A DNA stretch of 64,000 nt from an uncultured Pseudomonadota bacterium (GTDB lineage: Bacteria; Oederibacteriota; Muellerivitia; Muellerivitales; Muellerivitaceae), in NCBI GenBank assembly GCA_963770835.1, contig CAVYRH010000005.1:96001-160000 (forward strand), given 5' to 3'. The position numbers were made by a program, and so were the translations under genes. The notes under the pieces are model-generated. The model did not search any database. It saw nothing but the letters and a program-made list of their open reading frames with translations, and was not told where the DNA came from. Of the stretch, positions 21,384-32,336 are shown piece by piece. Each line of letters opens with the position of its first letter. Within the stretch, counting starts at the first letter, position 1.

Positions 21384-21803
21384 ATGATTTATTGCGTTTT
21401 CATAGGCGAATTTAAAGACAAGCGTCTCCTCCAATTATCGGGAGAATTTTATCAAAGACTGAAACGTCTTTGGCCCGTCACCATTGTTGAAGTTTCAAAA
21501 AATGAAAAAGAAGTCTTGAAGTTCATCCAGGGTAAAAAAGGCAAAGGCCTTCTTATTTCCCTGGATGCACAGGGCGAATCCATGGATTCACTTTTCTTCA
21601 GCCGTTGGGTGACACAATCCCCTCGGGATATTTATTTTTTTGCCTGGGATACCGACGGCCCGCCCAAGGGGCTTTCGGGAATCCTGCCGAAAAGCCTCAG
21701 CTTGTCGCCAATGACCTATTCCCATGAGCTGGCCCGTGTTCTTCTGCTGGAACAATTGTACCGGGCCGGGGCAATTTTACGGGGGCATCCTTATCCGCAC
21801 TAA
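21384..21803 (+). CDS. rlmH: 23S rRNA (pseudouridine-1915-N3)-methyltransferase RlmH, divergent
   Basis: 'LDAQGESMDS', 'LSLSPMTYSHELARVLLLEQLYRA...GHPY' SPOUT motifs. Confidence 0.8.
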   Translation: MIYCVFIGEFKDKRLLQLSGEFYQRLKRLWPVTIVEVSKNEKEVLKFIQGKKGKGLLISLDAQGESMDSLFFSRWVTQSPRDIYFFAWDTDGPPKGLSGILPKSLSLSPMTYSHELARVLLLEQLYRAGAILRGHPYPH

Positions 21804-21950
21804 CCGAGAATTTCCAATTAATCTTGGGATTTTAACCCTAGAATGAATGGAACCTGCCGCAGCCCTAGTTCGTCCAACACAGCAAGGTATGATTTTAAAA
21901 TTTTTTTCGTTCTGTTGAAACTGGAACTTTGAAAATTAGGAGAAAGCCCC

Positions 21951-22778
21951 ATGGAGCAGAGACACTTCCTCAAAATGACATTTTCCATTATTGCTGGTTT
22001 TTTAATGGTTTTTGGCCTTCCATTGAATGGCATGTCCCAGGCCGACAACACTGGCACACCCGCCCCGGAACCTGTGGAATACGTGATTGAGAGTATTCAA
22101 GGAAATGTCCAAGTACTCGAGGATGGCGCAAAGGATTGGGAAACGGCCCTGGAAGGGCAGGTAGTGGAATCGGGGGACGAAATCAAAACCGGAGATAATA
22201 GTGAAGCCACCTTGATGATGCAGTCCGACACGGCGGTCCATTTAAGCGCCGATAGCGACATGAAGGTCGACCAAATTGGAGCCAATGACACCGGGGGTTT
22301 CCTAAGCCATCTTGTGGTTTTCACCGGGAATATCCTAGCGGACGTTAAGAAACACCTGGAGGAGAGCCATTCCACCTTTGAGGTCGAAGCCAGCGGTGTG
22401 GTTTGCGGGGTCCGGGGAACAGCCTTTGAGATGACCACCCAGAATGGTACCGCCCAAGTGGCTACCCACGAGGGGTCGGTGGCGGTGGGGAATGGGACCG
22501 AAACCCACATGGTTGACGCGGGCAATTTATCTGAATTCCATAATGGAAGCTTCCGTTCACAAAGAAAGCTGGATCGAAACGAAATCAAGAGATTCCAGAA
22601 ATGGCGCGAATTCCGCAAGGTGGTTTTGCGGAAGCGGATTCAAAGGCTGGAGGATATCCGTAATCACCGCCGGGCAGCCTGGGTCCGCAAGCACCCCCAC
22701 GCCCCAAAAGAGCTGTTGAAGCATGAGAAACGTAAGAAGAGGCAATTGCGCCGGCTCGAACATTCCGAGGAAAAATAA
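21951..22778 (+). CDS. Exported FecR-domain protein with a basic C-terminal tail
   Basis: Signal peptide; 'GDEIKTG', 'VCGVRGTAF', 'HEGSV'; Arg/Lys-rich tail. Confidence 0.75.
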   Translation: MEQRHFLKMTFSIIAGFLMVFGLPLNGMSQADNTGTPAPEPVEYVIESIQGNVQVLEDGAKDWETALEGQVVESGDEIKTGDNSEATLMMQSDTAVHLSADSDMKVDQIGANDTGGFLSHLVVFTGNILADVKKHLEESHSTFEVEASGVVCGVRGTAFEMTTQNGTAQVATHEGSVAVGNGTETHMVDAGNLSEFHNGSFRSQRKLDRNEIKRFQKWREFRKVVLRKRIQRLEDIRNHRRAAWVRKHPHAPKELLKHEKRKKRQLRRLEHSEEK

Positions 22779-22824
22779 GGGACTGGTATTCGAATTCTAA
22801 GACAATTAAGATAAACTCAGTTTC

Positions 22825-22858
22825 AGAGAGAGGGGCACCCCCTCTCTCTTTGTTTTTT
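22825..22858 (+). terminator. Rho-independent terminator
   Basis: AGAGAGAGGGG-CAC-CCCCTCTCTCT followed by TTGTTTTTT. Confidence 0.8.
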
Positions 22859-22871
22859 AGCCCGGAGACCC

Positions 22872-24926
22872 ATGAATATCGCCCAAAGACTTTCCGCCGT
22901 CGCCCACGAAACGCGGCTGGAGGATAGACCCCAACAAAACACCATGGCCCAAGCGGTGGCAGAAACCTTGGACGGGGGTGGGTTTTTGATGGTGGAAGCC
23001 GGCACAGGCGTTGGCAAGAGTTTCGCCTATTTAATCCCAGCCTTGGAATACGCCCTCAAGAACGGTGGACCCGTAGTGGTTTCCACACATACCTTGACCC
23101 TTCAGGAACAGCTCTATCAGAAAGATTTGCCCATTGTCTTGAAGACTCTCGAGAAAGAGGGCTTAGGACAAGCCAATGCTGTGTTGATGAAAGGGCGAGG
23201 CAATTACCTTTCCAAAAGGCGCCTGGCTTTGGCCGTTGAAAACAATCAACAGATGGATTTGGACGGGGAAAGCGCAGATCTTCTTAAAGTACAGGAATGG
23301 GCGGTTCGGTCGCCGGAAGGAACCCTGACTTCAGCAGGTTTTTCCATCCCTTCCGATGTGTGGAACGAGGTTAAAAGCGATCCTTTCCACTGCCTGGGGC
23401 CCAAATGTAAGACCTTTGAGACTTGCTTTTACCACTCGGTAAGGCGCAAGGGGTATGGAGCCCACTTGATCCTTGTGAACCACGCTCTCCTCCTCGCGGA
23501 CCTCGCCTTGAAAATGGAATCGGAGCAGGGAGTCCTGCCGCCTTACCAGGTTTTGATTGTGGACGAGGCCCATCACCTACCCGCCCTGGCCGGCGAACAC
23601 TTGGCTACTTCCTTCACCCTTTCGGAATGCCTGGGATTGGTGAAGCGCTTGCTCTACTCCGACGAGAAGGCTGAGGGCGGCCGCAAGGGCTTATTCGCCC
23701 TTTTGCCCGCCTCCGGTGCGGGGGAGGCGGTCATGGAGTTCAAAGCGGCGGCCGAAGGATTTTTCAATGAAATTGCGCTGAGCGCCCTGCCGGTTAACGC
23801 AGTTAATCGAGCCTATCTTCTTCCCGAAAGAACTCCCTCTGTGGGAAAACTAGCCGGACCCCTTCAAAAAATCGAGGCGCTCCTGGAAACTGCGGAAGAA
23901 TCGGCGCCGTCGGAAGAATTGGAACTGGAAGCCAAAGGTACCCGCGAGGAATGCCGGGCCCTCGTCAAGCGGCTTTCTTATATCCTGGAGCGTGGGTGGG
24001 GGGAAGAAGCTTGCTACATCGTGGAACCGGACGGGGCGGCCCTTAGACGGGGGGAAATAAAGGCCTCCGCTATCAAGGCCATTCCCTTGGATGCCTCAGG
24101 CCTCATCCGGGAGAACCTCCTATCGACTGTCAAGTCGGTGGTTTTCACCAGCGCCACGCTTTCGGTTGGCCGCGATTTCACTTATTTCAAACATGCCCTA
24201 GGGTTGGATGATTTTGAAGAATCCCACCGGGTGAAGACCCTGTTGGTAGGATCCCCTTTCAATTACAAAAAACAAGTGATTCTCTTCCTGCCCCGTTCCA
24301 TGCCCCATCCCCGCCGGGAAGAGGAAGGTTACGCCAAGGCGGTTATTGACTATACAAAAGCTTCCTTGAAACATTCCCACGGCAAAGCCTTTGTGCTTTT
24401 CACCAGCTTCAAGATGCTCCGCCAGGTTTCGGAAGCAGTTCGCAATGACTTGGAGGAGATGGGGATCACGCTTTTGGTTCAGGGGGAGGAAGGGTGGGAC
24501 CGCACCCGGCTTTTAAGGGTTTTCCGGGAGGACATTAACTCCGTTCTTTTCGGCGTGAACAGTTTTTGGGAAGGGGTGGATGTGCCGGGGGAAGCCCTTT
24601 CCAATCTCATCATTACCAAATTGCCGTTTCAAGTTCCCGAAGGCCCTCTGGTCGAGGCTCGGCATGCCCGCCTCAAGGAACAGGGTCAGGAGCCTTTTCA
24701 GGTGGAAAGCCTTCCGGAGGCGGTCTTGAGGCTTAAACAAGGATTTGGCCGCTTGATCCGCGCTTCAACCGATGTGGGAACCGTGACCATCCTCGATCCC
24801 CGCCTGACGACCGAGCAGTGGGGAAGGGTCTTTTTGGACGCCCTGCCGGATTGCGAGGTGGTTTATCTTTCCAAGCCCGGAACACCCGAAACGAAAACAG
24901 TGAAAGTGAAAAGTAAAAAGTCGTGA
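22872..24926 (+). CDS. dinG: DinG/YoaA-family ATP-dependent DNA helicase
   Basis: Q-motif RPQQ, EAGTGVGKS, DEAHH, SAT, FWEGVD and QGFGRLIR. Confidence 0.9.
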   Translation: MNIAQRLSAVAHETRLEDRPQQNTMAQAVAETLDGGGFLMVEAGTGVGKSFAYLIPALEYALKNGGPVVVSTHTLTLQEQLYQKDLPIVLKTLEKEGLGQANAVLMKGRGNYLSKRRLALAVENNQQMDLDGESADLLKVQEWAVRSPEGTLTSAGFSIPSDVWNEVKSDPFHCLGPKCKTFETCFYHSVRRKGYGAHLILVNHALLLADLALKMESEQGVLPPYQVLIVDEAHHLPALAGEHLATSFTLSECLGLVKRLLYSDEKAEGGRKGLFALLPASGAGEAVMEFKAAAEGFFNEIALSALPVNAVNRAYLLPERTPSVGKLAGPLQKIEALLETAEESAPSEELELEAKGTREECRALVKRLSYILERGWGEEACYIVEPDGAALRRGEIKASAIKAIPLDASGLIRENLLSTVKSVVFTSATLSVGRDFTYFKHALGLDDFEESHRVKTLLVGSPFNYKKQVILFLPRSMPHPRREEEGYAKAVIDYTKASLKHSHGKAFVLFTSFKMLRQVSEAVRNDLEEMGITLLVQGEEGWDRTRLLRVFREDINSVLFGVNSFWEGVDVPGEALSNLIITKLPFQVPEGPLVEARHARLKEQGQEPFQVESLPEAVLRLKQGFGRLIRASTDVGTVTILDPRLTTEQWGRVFLDALPDCEVVYLSKPGTPETKTVKVKSKKS

Positions 24927-24976
24927 CGGCCGAACATTCGCACTTACTTTGTTCCTTTTTTCTGTAAAATAAGCCC

Positions 24977-26041
24977 ATGCCCCGTTCCAAAGCACCCGCC
25001 GTCAATAAATCCGTTAACGACCTGCCGGAGGAACTGCGCGTCCTAGACTCCTCAAAGATGGGTGACGATGAGGAACAAACCCTGCGGCCTCGACATTTGG
25101 CCGATTATGTGGGCCAGACAGCCCTTAAAGAATCCCTCTCCATCGCTCTTTTGGCGGCCCAAAAGCGCAAAGAAGCCCTTGAACACGTGCTCCTTTCGGG
25201 TCCTCCCGGCCTTGGTAAAACCACTTTGGCTGGCATTATTGCCAAGGAAATGGGCGTCAACATTAAAACCACATCCGGTCCCGTCATCGAACGGGCGGGG
25301 GATTTGGCCGCTCTTTTGACCAATCTCCAGCCCCACGACTTATTATTCATTGACGAAATCCACCGCCTGCCACGGGTGGTGGAGGAAGTACTGTACCCTG
25401 CCATGGAAGATTTTGAGCTGGATATCATGATCGGAAAAGGCCCCACCGCCAGGGCGATTCGATTGAGCTTGCCTCCCTTCACGCTGGTCGGGGCTACAAC
25501 CCGAGCGGGTAAAGTTAGCGCCCCCCTCCGGGACCGTTTCGGACTATCCTTTCGCCTTGAGTTTTATACGCCGGAGGAATTGGCGGCTATCCTGAAACGA
25601 TCGGCCCAGGTGTTGAAAGTAAGGGTTTCGGACGACGGGGCTGATGAAATTGCCCGGAGGTCCCGTGGAACTCCGCGCCTGGCCAACCGTCTTTTAAAGC
25701 GCGTCCGGGACTTCTCCGAAGTGAGGCGCAAGGGCATCATCGACCGCGAGGTTGCGGACTCGGCCCTGAAACTTTTGGAAGTGGATCAAATGGGGCTGGA
25801 CCAAATGGACCGGCGCATTCTTTCCTGCATCGTGGAGAAGTTCGCGGGCGGTCCCGTTGGGATCGAAACCCTGGCCATGGCTGTCGGAGAGGAGTCGGAA
25901 ACGGTGGAAGATGTCTATGAACCTTTTTTGGTCCAAATCGGGTTTCTGCAAAGGACCTCTAGCGGCCGTAAGGCGACCCTTTTGGCTTACCGGCACCTCG
26001 GCATCACTCCACCCGCGGGAGCCCAAGGGAGTCTTTTGTGA
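24977..26041 (+). CDS. ruvB: Holliday junction branch-migration helicase RuvB
   Basis: LRP...[27 protein letters not shown] and RGTPR. Confidence 0.97.
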   Translation: MPRSKAPAVNKSVNDLPEELRVLDSSKMGDDEEQTLRPRHLADYVGQTALKESLSIALLAAQKRKEALEHVLLSGPPGLGKTTLAGIIAKEMGVNIKTTSGPVIERAGDLAALLTNLQPHDLLFIDEIHRLPRVVEEVLYPAMEDFELDIMIGKGPTARAIRLSLPPFTLVGATTRAGKVSAPLRDRFGLSFRLEFYTPEELAAILKRSAQVLKVRVSDDGADEIARRSRGTPRLANRLLKRVRDFSEVRRKGIIDREVADSALKLLEVDQMGLDQMDRRILSCIVEKFAGGPVGIETLAMAVGEESETVEDVYEPFLVQIGFLQRTSSGRKATLLAYRHLGITPPAGAQGSLL

Positions 26042-27306
26042 AAGAAGCCAAGTCCAGGCTGAAAAGCTCACAAATATCCGTTTATGTGATTGTTACCTTT
26101 TTGGGCGCGGCTGTTAGCCTTTTCTTTCCGTTTATAGCCCCCTTGCAGGCCGCCAGCCGGTTTTGGTTTGTTTTCATTTGTTTGTTTACGGGTATCGGTT
26201 TTTCCGCCGTCATGTTGCTCATTGTCCAAAAGATTGTCCTGCGGCCACTGGAGGAATTCCTGGACGCCATGGAGAACGCCTCCGAGGGAGACCTGAGCAC
26301 ATCGATCCAAGGAAAGTACCACGGCGACTTCCGCGCCCTTGCCCAGCATTTCAACCGCATGCTGGCCTCCCTGCGCGATTCGGTGGATCAATTGAAAAAA
26401 AGTTCCGAGGAAACCCTTCACTTGGCCGGTCAACTGACGCAAACCATCCAACAGATGCACGGCGCCACGGAGGAAGTTTCCTCGACCATCCAGAACATCT
26501 CCAAGGGTGCGGAAGAGCAGGCCGTCAAAGTCCAGGAGGCCTTTAACATCATCGACAAAATGGCGGGTAACATCCAAACCTCCGCCGAATTGTTAAGCAA
26601 TTCCGAGAAGGTCGTGGCACGCTCGAAGAACGCCTCCGCGGCGGGAAGGCAAGCCGTCCAAAAAACGGTTGCCCAGATGAACGCCATCCACGAGGTGGTC
26701 CAAAGCTCGGCCAGAGAAGTAACTGAACTGGGCGCCCGCTCCAAGGCCATCGGCAAGGTGGTCGACGTGATAACCCACATCGCCGATCAGACCAACCTGC
26801 TGGCCTTAAACGCCGCGATCGAGGCGGCCCGGGCCGGGGAATACGGCCGGGGGTTCGCCGTTGTGGCGGAAGAAGTCAAAAAATTGGCCGACGGGTCTGC
26901 GGAGGCCGCTAACCAGATCGGTGTCATGATCCGGGACATTCAAAAAGAAATCTCTACCGTGGTCAGTACTATGGGGGCGGGCGGGGAAAAGGTGACCGAG
27001 GGCTTGGCGGTTGTCACGGAGGCGGGGGAGGCCCTCAAGGAGATACAAACAGCCTCCGATGAGGTGGCTCTCCAAGTCCAGGAAATTTCAAAATCTTTCG
27101 AGAACCAGGCGGATCAGGCAGGCAAGGTCGTGGAGGCCATCACCAACATCGTGGCGGTTTCTGAAGAAAATGCATCGGCCACCGAGGAAATCTCGGCATC
27201 CACGGAAGAATTGACGGCGTCCATGGAATCCATGGTCGCCGCCGCCCACCAATTGGAGGGAGTGGCCCAACGTCTGAAGGATGCGGCCGCCAATTTTAAG
27301 GGCTAG
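26038..27306 (+). CDS. Methyl-accepting chemotaxis protein (2 TM, HAMP, no periplasmic sensor domain)
   Basis: Two adjacent TM helices, HAMP, hairpin '[33 protein letters not shown]' and EE methylation sites. Confidence 0.93.
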   Translation: MKEAKSRLKSSQISVYVIVTFLGAAVSLFFPFIAPLQAASRFWFVFICLFTGIGFSAVMLLIVQKIVLRPLEEFLDAMENASEGDLSTSIQGKYHGDFRALAQHFNRMLASLRDSVDQLKKSSEETLHLAGQLTQTIQQMHGATEEVSSTIQNISKGAEEQAVKVQEAFNIIDKMAGNIQTSAELLSNSEKVVARSKNASAAGRQAVQKTVAQMNAIHEVVQSSAREVTELGARSKAIGKVVDVITHIADQTNLLALNAAIEAARAGEYGRGFAVVAEEVKKLADGSAEAANQIGVMIRDIQKEISTVVSTMGAGGEKVTEGLAVVTEAGEALKEIQTASDEVALQVQEISKSFENQADQAGKVVEAITNIVAVSEENASATEEISASTEELTASMESMVAAAHQLEGVAQRLKDAAANFKG

Positions 27307-27529
27307 TTCTTATTTAATCAGATTTTATTATGTATTCCCTTTAAATCAAAAGGTGGTTTTATGGTATAGTTTCATTTCTTCGCTGAATTTTAGAAACAGG
27401 GTATTGCGGAAATTCGAATATATTTTCTCTTGAAAAAAATCCTAGAAATTAGGTATAAATTTCCCCGTGTTTTAGAATCCCTGCGTGATTTGATGAGTCT
27501 TAACCAAATCTAAGATGAGGGTTTTCGGA

Positions 27530-28474
27530 ATGATTGAAGTCAACGATCTTGTAAAAACTTATGGTTCCCTGGCGGCAGTCGACCGCATCACTTTTTCCGT
27601 TCCCAAGGGAGCCATTTTGGGCCTCTTGGGGCCCAATGGCGCCGGTAAAACCACTACGATGCGCATTCTCACGACTTCTTTGGCCCCCTCGGCAGGAAAA
27701 GCTTCGGTGGCGGGTTTTGACGTTGTAGAGCAGCCCCAGGAAGTCCGTAAAAGAATCGGCTATTTGCCGGAAGTTCCTCCCATTTACGGTGATATGACGG
27801 TCATTAATTACTTAAGGTTCGTGGCGGATATTAAAGAAGTACCACAAGATAAAAAGGTCAACCGCATTGGTGAAGTCTTGGAAATGCTGGCCTTGGAAGA
27901 TATGTCCCGCCGGTTCATCGGCCATCTTTCCCTCGGATACCGGCAAAGGGTGGGGTTGGCCCAGGCTCTTTTGCATGATCCGGAGGTCCTCATCCTGGAC
28001 GAACCGACGCGAGGGTTGGACCCCAAGCAAATCTTGGAAATCCGCAAACTTATTAAATCTTTGAGCGGAAAAAGGACCATCATTCTTTCCACTCATATCC
28101 TGCCTGAAGTTTCCTCCACGTGTGACGACGTCGTGATCATTGACCGTGGACGGGTAGTGGCTGCGGACACGGTGGAAAACCTCTCCCAAAGGCTCTCGGG
28201 CGGTAAAACTCTGGAAGTTGAGATCAAAGGGCCTGGAGGCGATGTGGAAAAGGCTTTGGAAAAAGTTGATGGTATTTCAGCTGTTAAAACACTTGGAAAC
28301 GGCGCCCGAGGAATCTGGCGTTTCGAGGTGACGACCGATGGAAGCAACGATTCCCGGGAGGCACTTTTCCAGTGTGTTGTAAGAAACAAATGGGTTCTTT
28401 ACGAGCTTACCCCGGTCGGGATGAGCCTCGAGGATGTCTTCTTGAAATTGACGACTAAGGAAACAGTAACATGA
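27530..28474 (+). CDS. ABC transporter ATP-binding protein (GldA-like)
   Basis: GPNGAGKTT, LSLGYRQRVG, LDEPT and STHILPE. Confidence 0.9.
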   Translation: MIEVNDLVKTYGSLAAVDRITFSVPKGAILGLLGPNGAGKTTTMRILTTSLAPSAGKASVAGFDVVEQPQEVRKRIGYLPEVPPIYGDMTVINYLRFVADIKEVPQDKKVNRIGEVLEMLALEDMSRRFIGHLSLGYRQRVGLAQALLHDPEVLILDEPTRGLDPKQILEIRKLIKSLSGKRTIILSTHILPEVSSTCDDVVIIDRGRVVAADTVENLSQRLSGGKTLEVEIKGPGGDVEKALEKVDGISAVKTLGNGARGIWRFEVTTDGSNDSREALFQCVVRNKWVLYELTPVGMSLEDVFLKLTTKETVT

Positions 28475-29184
28475 ACTCAAGAAAACTGCTCGCCCTGGTG
28501 AAAAAGGAACTGATCCATTATTTCTCTTCTTTTATGGGATATGTGGTCTTGTTCGCTTTCTTCGTAATAGGGGGCTACTTTTATTACCTGATTATGGTGG
28601 GATCCCGCCAAGCCAGCATGCAGCCCGTCTTCCAGAACTTGGTGGTGATTCTTTTGTTTGTGACCCCCGCAATTACCATGCGGCTTTGGTCGGAGGAGGA
28701 AAAAAGCGGCACCGCAGAACTTTTAAAAACTTCTCCCCTGACCGTTTGGGAAATTGTTGTTGGCAAATATTTAGGGGTTTGCGCTTTTTTCCTGGTAGCC
28801 CTTCTTCCCACTTTTGTCTATTTAGCGTTAGTGATTGCCAACGGCAATCCGGATTTGCCACCCCTGGTCGCCAATTACCTTGGGTACATTTTGGCCGCCA
28901 TGGCCTTCTTTGCGGTCGGACTTCTGGCTTCCACCTTCACTGAAAACCAGATTATTTCGGCCATCATCGCTTTCGCCATGCTGCTTATGCTTTGGGTGAT
29001 CGGCGCCGCCGGTGGAAGCGTGGAGGGCCCCCTAGGGGATTTCTTGAAATACATTTCGGTTTTTGAACATACGAACGATTTTTTTAGCGGCATTATCGAC
29101 CTTAGCCACGTTTTTTATTTCGCCAGTGTCATTTTCCTGGGATTGTTTTTCTCAGTGAAAGTCCTAGAAAGCAAGAGAAGCTAA
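28471..29184 (+). CDS. ABC-2 permease (GldF-like)
   Basis: About 6 TM helices; 'PAITMRLWSEEEKSGTAELLKTSPL'; TENQI. Confidence 0.88.
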   Translation: MNSRKLLALVKKELIHYFSSFMGYVVLFAFFVIGGYFYYLIMVGSRQASMQPVFQNLVVILLFVTPAITMRLWSEEEKSGTAELLKTSPLTVWEIVVGKYLGVCAFFLVALLPTFVYLALVIANGNPDLPPLVANYLGYILAAMAFFAVGLLASTFTENQIISAIIAFAMLLMLWVIGAAGGSVEGPLGDFLKYISVFEHTNDFFSGIIDLSHVFYFASVIFLGLFFSVKVLESKRS

Positions 29185-29185
29185 A

Positions 29186-30790
29186 ATGAAACTACCCCCT
29201 TTCTTCAATCAATTACGTTCCTACAACGTCTACCTGCTCTCAGGAGGATTGGCCCTGCTTTTCGCCGGTTTTTTTGCGGTCATGGTCCTCAATACCACCA
29301 ACTGGTGGAATATCACACTGGTATCCCTCGGGCTCGTTGTTCTTGTGCTTTTTTTGACGGCCAACCTCGCGGAAGTAAAAGCGGTGGGAAAAAAACGTGG
29401 AACAGTGGTACGGGCCAACTTAACCCTCGTCTCCGTGGCCGTGTTCGGTATAGTGATTGGATTGAATTATATTGTCTCCCGCCACCCGATCCGCTTCGAC
29501 CTGACCTCCAACAAGATCTATACGCTTTCCGATCAGACCTTGGACATCCTGAAAAAGCTGAATCAAGACGTAGACGTAACCATGGTTACTTCAGCCCGGA
29601 GGGGTTCCGCTGAAATATCCAAAGCCCAACAGCTCTTGGAGGAATACGCCAAGCATTCTTCGAAATTCCATTTTAAAGTGGTTGATGGGGACAAAAATCC
29701 ATCCCTTCCTCAACAACTTAAGATTACCGAAGCTAACACGGTGGTTTTTCAAAGCGGTGATAACCGGAAGGACGTTCTTCAGCGCGATTATGTCACTTAC
29801 GCTTTGCAGGGACGTCAACCCGTTCCGAAATTTCAAGGAGAAGGGGCCTTCACCCAAGCCCTGATGACGATGACGGATACCTCTCATTTAGTCTTTTATT
29901 TCACCGAGGGCCATGGGGAAAAGGATCTCAACAGCCCTGAACCGGATGGTTTTAACCAACTTAAAGCCCTATTAGAAAAGCAAAATTACGAGGTCAAAAC
30001 GGTCAATCTAATAACTACAGGAAAAATCCCCGATGATGCGGCTGTTTTAGCCATTCTGGGCCCTAGCAAGCCTTTTCAGGCGACTGAAGAAAAACTGATC
30101 GGAGATTATTTGGCCAAGGGTGGGAAACTTGTTCTTTGCGAGGATCCGACGATTAAGAGCGGGTTGGATTCGTTGTTGAGGGATTACGGGGTTAAATTGG
30201 GTAATGATATGGTTGTTGATCCTACCGCCTACGCCTATCCCGATATTCGGGCTATTGTGCCTCAGTATCTCTACCACGCCATTGTGGAAAAACTCTCGAG
30301 CAGCCATATTGCGTCAATCATGCCTTTTACCCGGAGCGTTCAAAAGATCGATCCGGCCATCAAGGGCGTGACCCAAACTATTTTTCTTCAAACTACGGAT
30401 AAAGGCTGGGGAATCACGAACCTAAAGGAAAAGAAACCCGCTTACCATCCCGGCGTCGACACCAAAGGGCCTGTACCGTTGGCGGTCGCTTGTGAATTGA
30501 CGCTTCCCGATAATCCTTCCAAAAAAACCCGGGTGGTCGTTTATGGGACTTCAACTTTTCTTTCCAACCAGACCCAAACGTATGGGAACCCGGATTTGGC
30601 TTTGAACACTTTCAGTTGGACCGCGGAAGAGGAAAATAAAATTAGCATTCATCCGCGGGAAGATACAACCCGCGTGCTCAATTTGACGAATGTCAGCGTC
30701 AGTTTGATGTTTTGGCTCTGCGTCGTTGTCATTCCGTTGACAACCCTCTTGGCCGGGGGTGTTCTTTGGTGGCGCCGCCGGTCCCTATGA
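29186..30790 (+). CDS. GldG-family / ABC_transp_aux auxiliary protein
   Basis: 'RFDLTSNKIYTLSDQT', 'FYFTEGHGEK', 'GPVPLAVA', GN.DL and a C-terminal TM ending WWRRR. Confidence 0.85.
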   Translation: MKLPPFFNQLRSYNVYLLSGGLALLFAGFFAVMVLNTTNWWNITLVSLGLVVLVLFLTANLAEVKAVGKKRGTVVRANLTLVSVAVFGIVIGLNYIVSRHPIRFDLTSNKIYTLSDQTLDILKKLNQDVDVTMVTSARRGSAEISKAQQLLEEYAKHSSKFHFKVVDGDKNPSLPQQLKITEANTVVFQSGDNRKDVLQRDYVTYALQGRQPVPKFQGEGAFTQALMTMTDTSHLVFYFTEGHGEKDLNSPEPDGFNQLKALLEKQNYEVKTVNLITTGKIPDDAAVLAILGPSKPFQATEEKLIGDYLAKGGKLVLCEDPTIKSGLDSLLRDYGVKLGNDMVVDPTAYAYPDIRAIVPQYLYHAIVEKLSSSHIASIMPFTRSVQKIDPAIKGVTQTIFLQTTDKGWGITNLKEKKPAYHPGVDTKGPVPLAVACELTLPDNPSKKTRVVVYGTSTFLSNQTQTYGNPDLALNTFSWTAEEENKISIHPREDTTRVLNLTNVSVSLMFWLCVVVIPLTTLLAGGVLWWRRRSL

Positions 30791-30870
30791 ACCTGTCTTC
30801 GTTTATTTAACTCTCTCCCGAAAGACGCGGTTTCTATACCGGCCTCCTTTTGAGAAGGAGTAGAGGTGAC

Positions 30871-32247
30871 ATGAAAAATTTTAAAATAACCCTCATCTAC
30901 ATCATCTTGGCCGCTCTCCTCGCCGGTTATATTTATTTTTTTGAGCGAGGTCCCGTTAAGAAAGAGGAAGAGAAAAAAACAAAAGTTTTCAACAACTTTG
31001 TTGCGGATGACATTAAAGATATCCAGATTGAAAACGTGGGGAATACTCTCACCGCCGAAAAGGGCCCAATTGTCCTCCAAAAAGACGACAAGGATACCTG
31101 GCATATACTTTCACCTCATTCCTTTCTGGCGGATGAAAGCACCATTCGTTCCATGCTGACCGCCGTTGGAGATTTTAACCCCGATGTGACCATCGATAAG
31201 CCCACGAGCCTCAAAGATTACGGCCTGGATCCACCGCTTGCCCGTTGTACCCTTAAATCCAAGGCTGGTGTATCCTTCGTCATTTTAATCGGGAGTAAGG
31301 ACATGACCGGCTCCTCCTCTTATATAAAGTCCGGTGATAAGGACACGGTTTATATGGTGACCTCCTATGCCGCTGACAACCTTCATAAGGGCATCAACGA
31401 TTACCGGGATCATACGTTCTTCAAGACTGATCCGGTGGTGGCTAAGATGATCCAGGTAACCCGTGACGGCAAGGTACTGGCTTTCGAAAAGGATAAGAAC
31501 AACAATTGGAGCATCACCCGTCCCGTGGAGGCCCGTGCGGATACGACGAAGATACGGGATCTCTTGAACACAATAAGCTCGCTACGCATCCAGGATTTCG
31601 TCACGGATCATCCTTCAAGTTTGTCGCAATACGGGCTTTCGTCCCCTCATATTCGTGTTGAAGTATGGCCCAGCGATGGGGGGGCTTCCAATGCCATCCT
31701 GGTGGGGCATAAAAAGGGAAAAGATGCGGGACTTTATGCTAAATCCAAAGACGAACCTTACGTTTACTTAATCGGGGAGTATTTCGACAAGAACTTGGAC
31801 TCCAAGCTTCCGGATTATCGCGATAAGACGATCCTGCAGTTTGATGGCGGATCCGCCAAATCCATTATCATCCGGCGAGGGTCCCAGACGTTCAGTTACC
31901 AAAAGGATGCCAAAGGTCAATGGACCTGCCCTGGAAGGATCAATGCGGGGATGGAGGCCACCTCCCTGTTAAATCAACTTTCAGGGATCACTATCGGGGA
32001 CTTTGTGGAAAATCCGGCCGAAACGGGATTATCCTCACCTACTTTCGTGGCGGAGGTAGGACTGAGCGATGGTACGACCCGTGTTTTCAAGTTTGGTAAA
32101 AGAGAAAAAGACAAGGTCTATTTGACCGTGAATAATGCAAAGGATATTTACTTGGTGCCCGACGGTGTGGTTTCCCAAATGGAAGGGTATTACAACACCA
32201 TTCTCACGCCAGTTGCAGTTACAACTACCCCCGCCGCTCATAAATAA
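30871..32247 (+). CDS. DUF4340-like periplasmic protein
   Basis: N-terminal TM anchor; repeated 'YGLxxP...I(L)IG' modules; typical position after gldG-like genes. Confidence 0.75.
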   Translation: MKNFKITLIYIILAALLAGYIYFFERGPVKKEEEKKTKVFNNFVADDIKDIQIENVGNTLTAEKGPIVLQKDDKDTWHILSPHSFLADESTIRSMLTAVGDFNPDVTIDKPTSLKDYGLDPPLARCTLKSKAGVSFVILIGSKDMTGSSSYIKSGDKDTVYMVTSYAADNLHKGINDYRDHTFFKTDPVVAKMIQVTRDGKVLAFEKDKNNNWSITRPVEARADTTKIRDLLNTISSLRIQDFVTDHPSSLSQYGLSSPHIRVEVWPSDGGASNAILVGHKKGKDAGLYAKSKDEPYVYLIGEYFDKNLDSKLPDYRDKTILQFDGGSAKSIIIRRGSQTFSYQKDAKGQWTCPGRINAGMEATSLLNQLSGITIGDFVENPAETGLSSPTFVAEVGLSDGTTRVFKFGKREKDKVYLTVNNAKDIYLVPDGVVSQMEGYYNTILTPVAVTTTPAAHK

Positions 32248-32336
32248 AATTTTTTATTTATGCCTCGGGTTTGCCAAACCATTTTTAAAATTAGAACCGG
32301 GAAACTTAAGAACCTTTAAGTGGTATAGTGTGCCCC

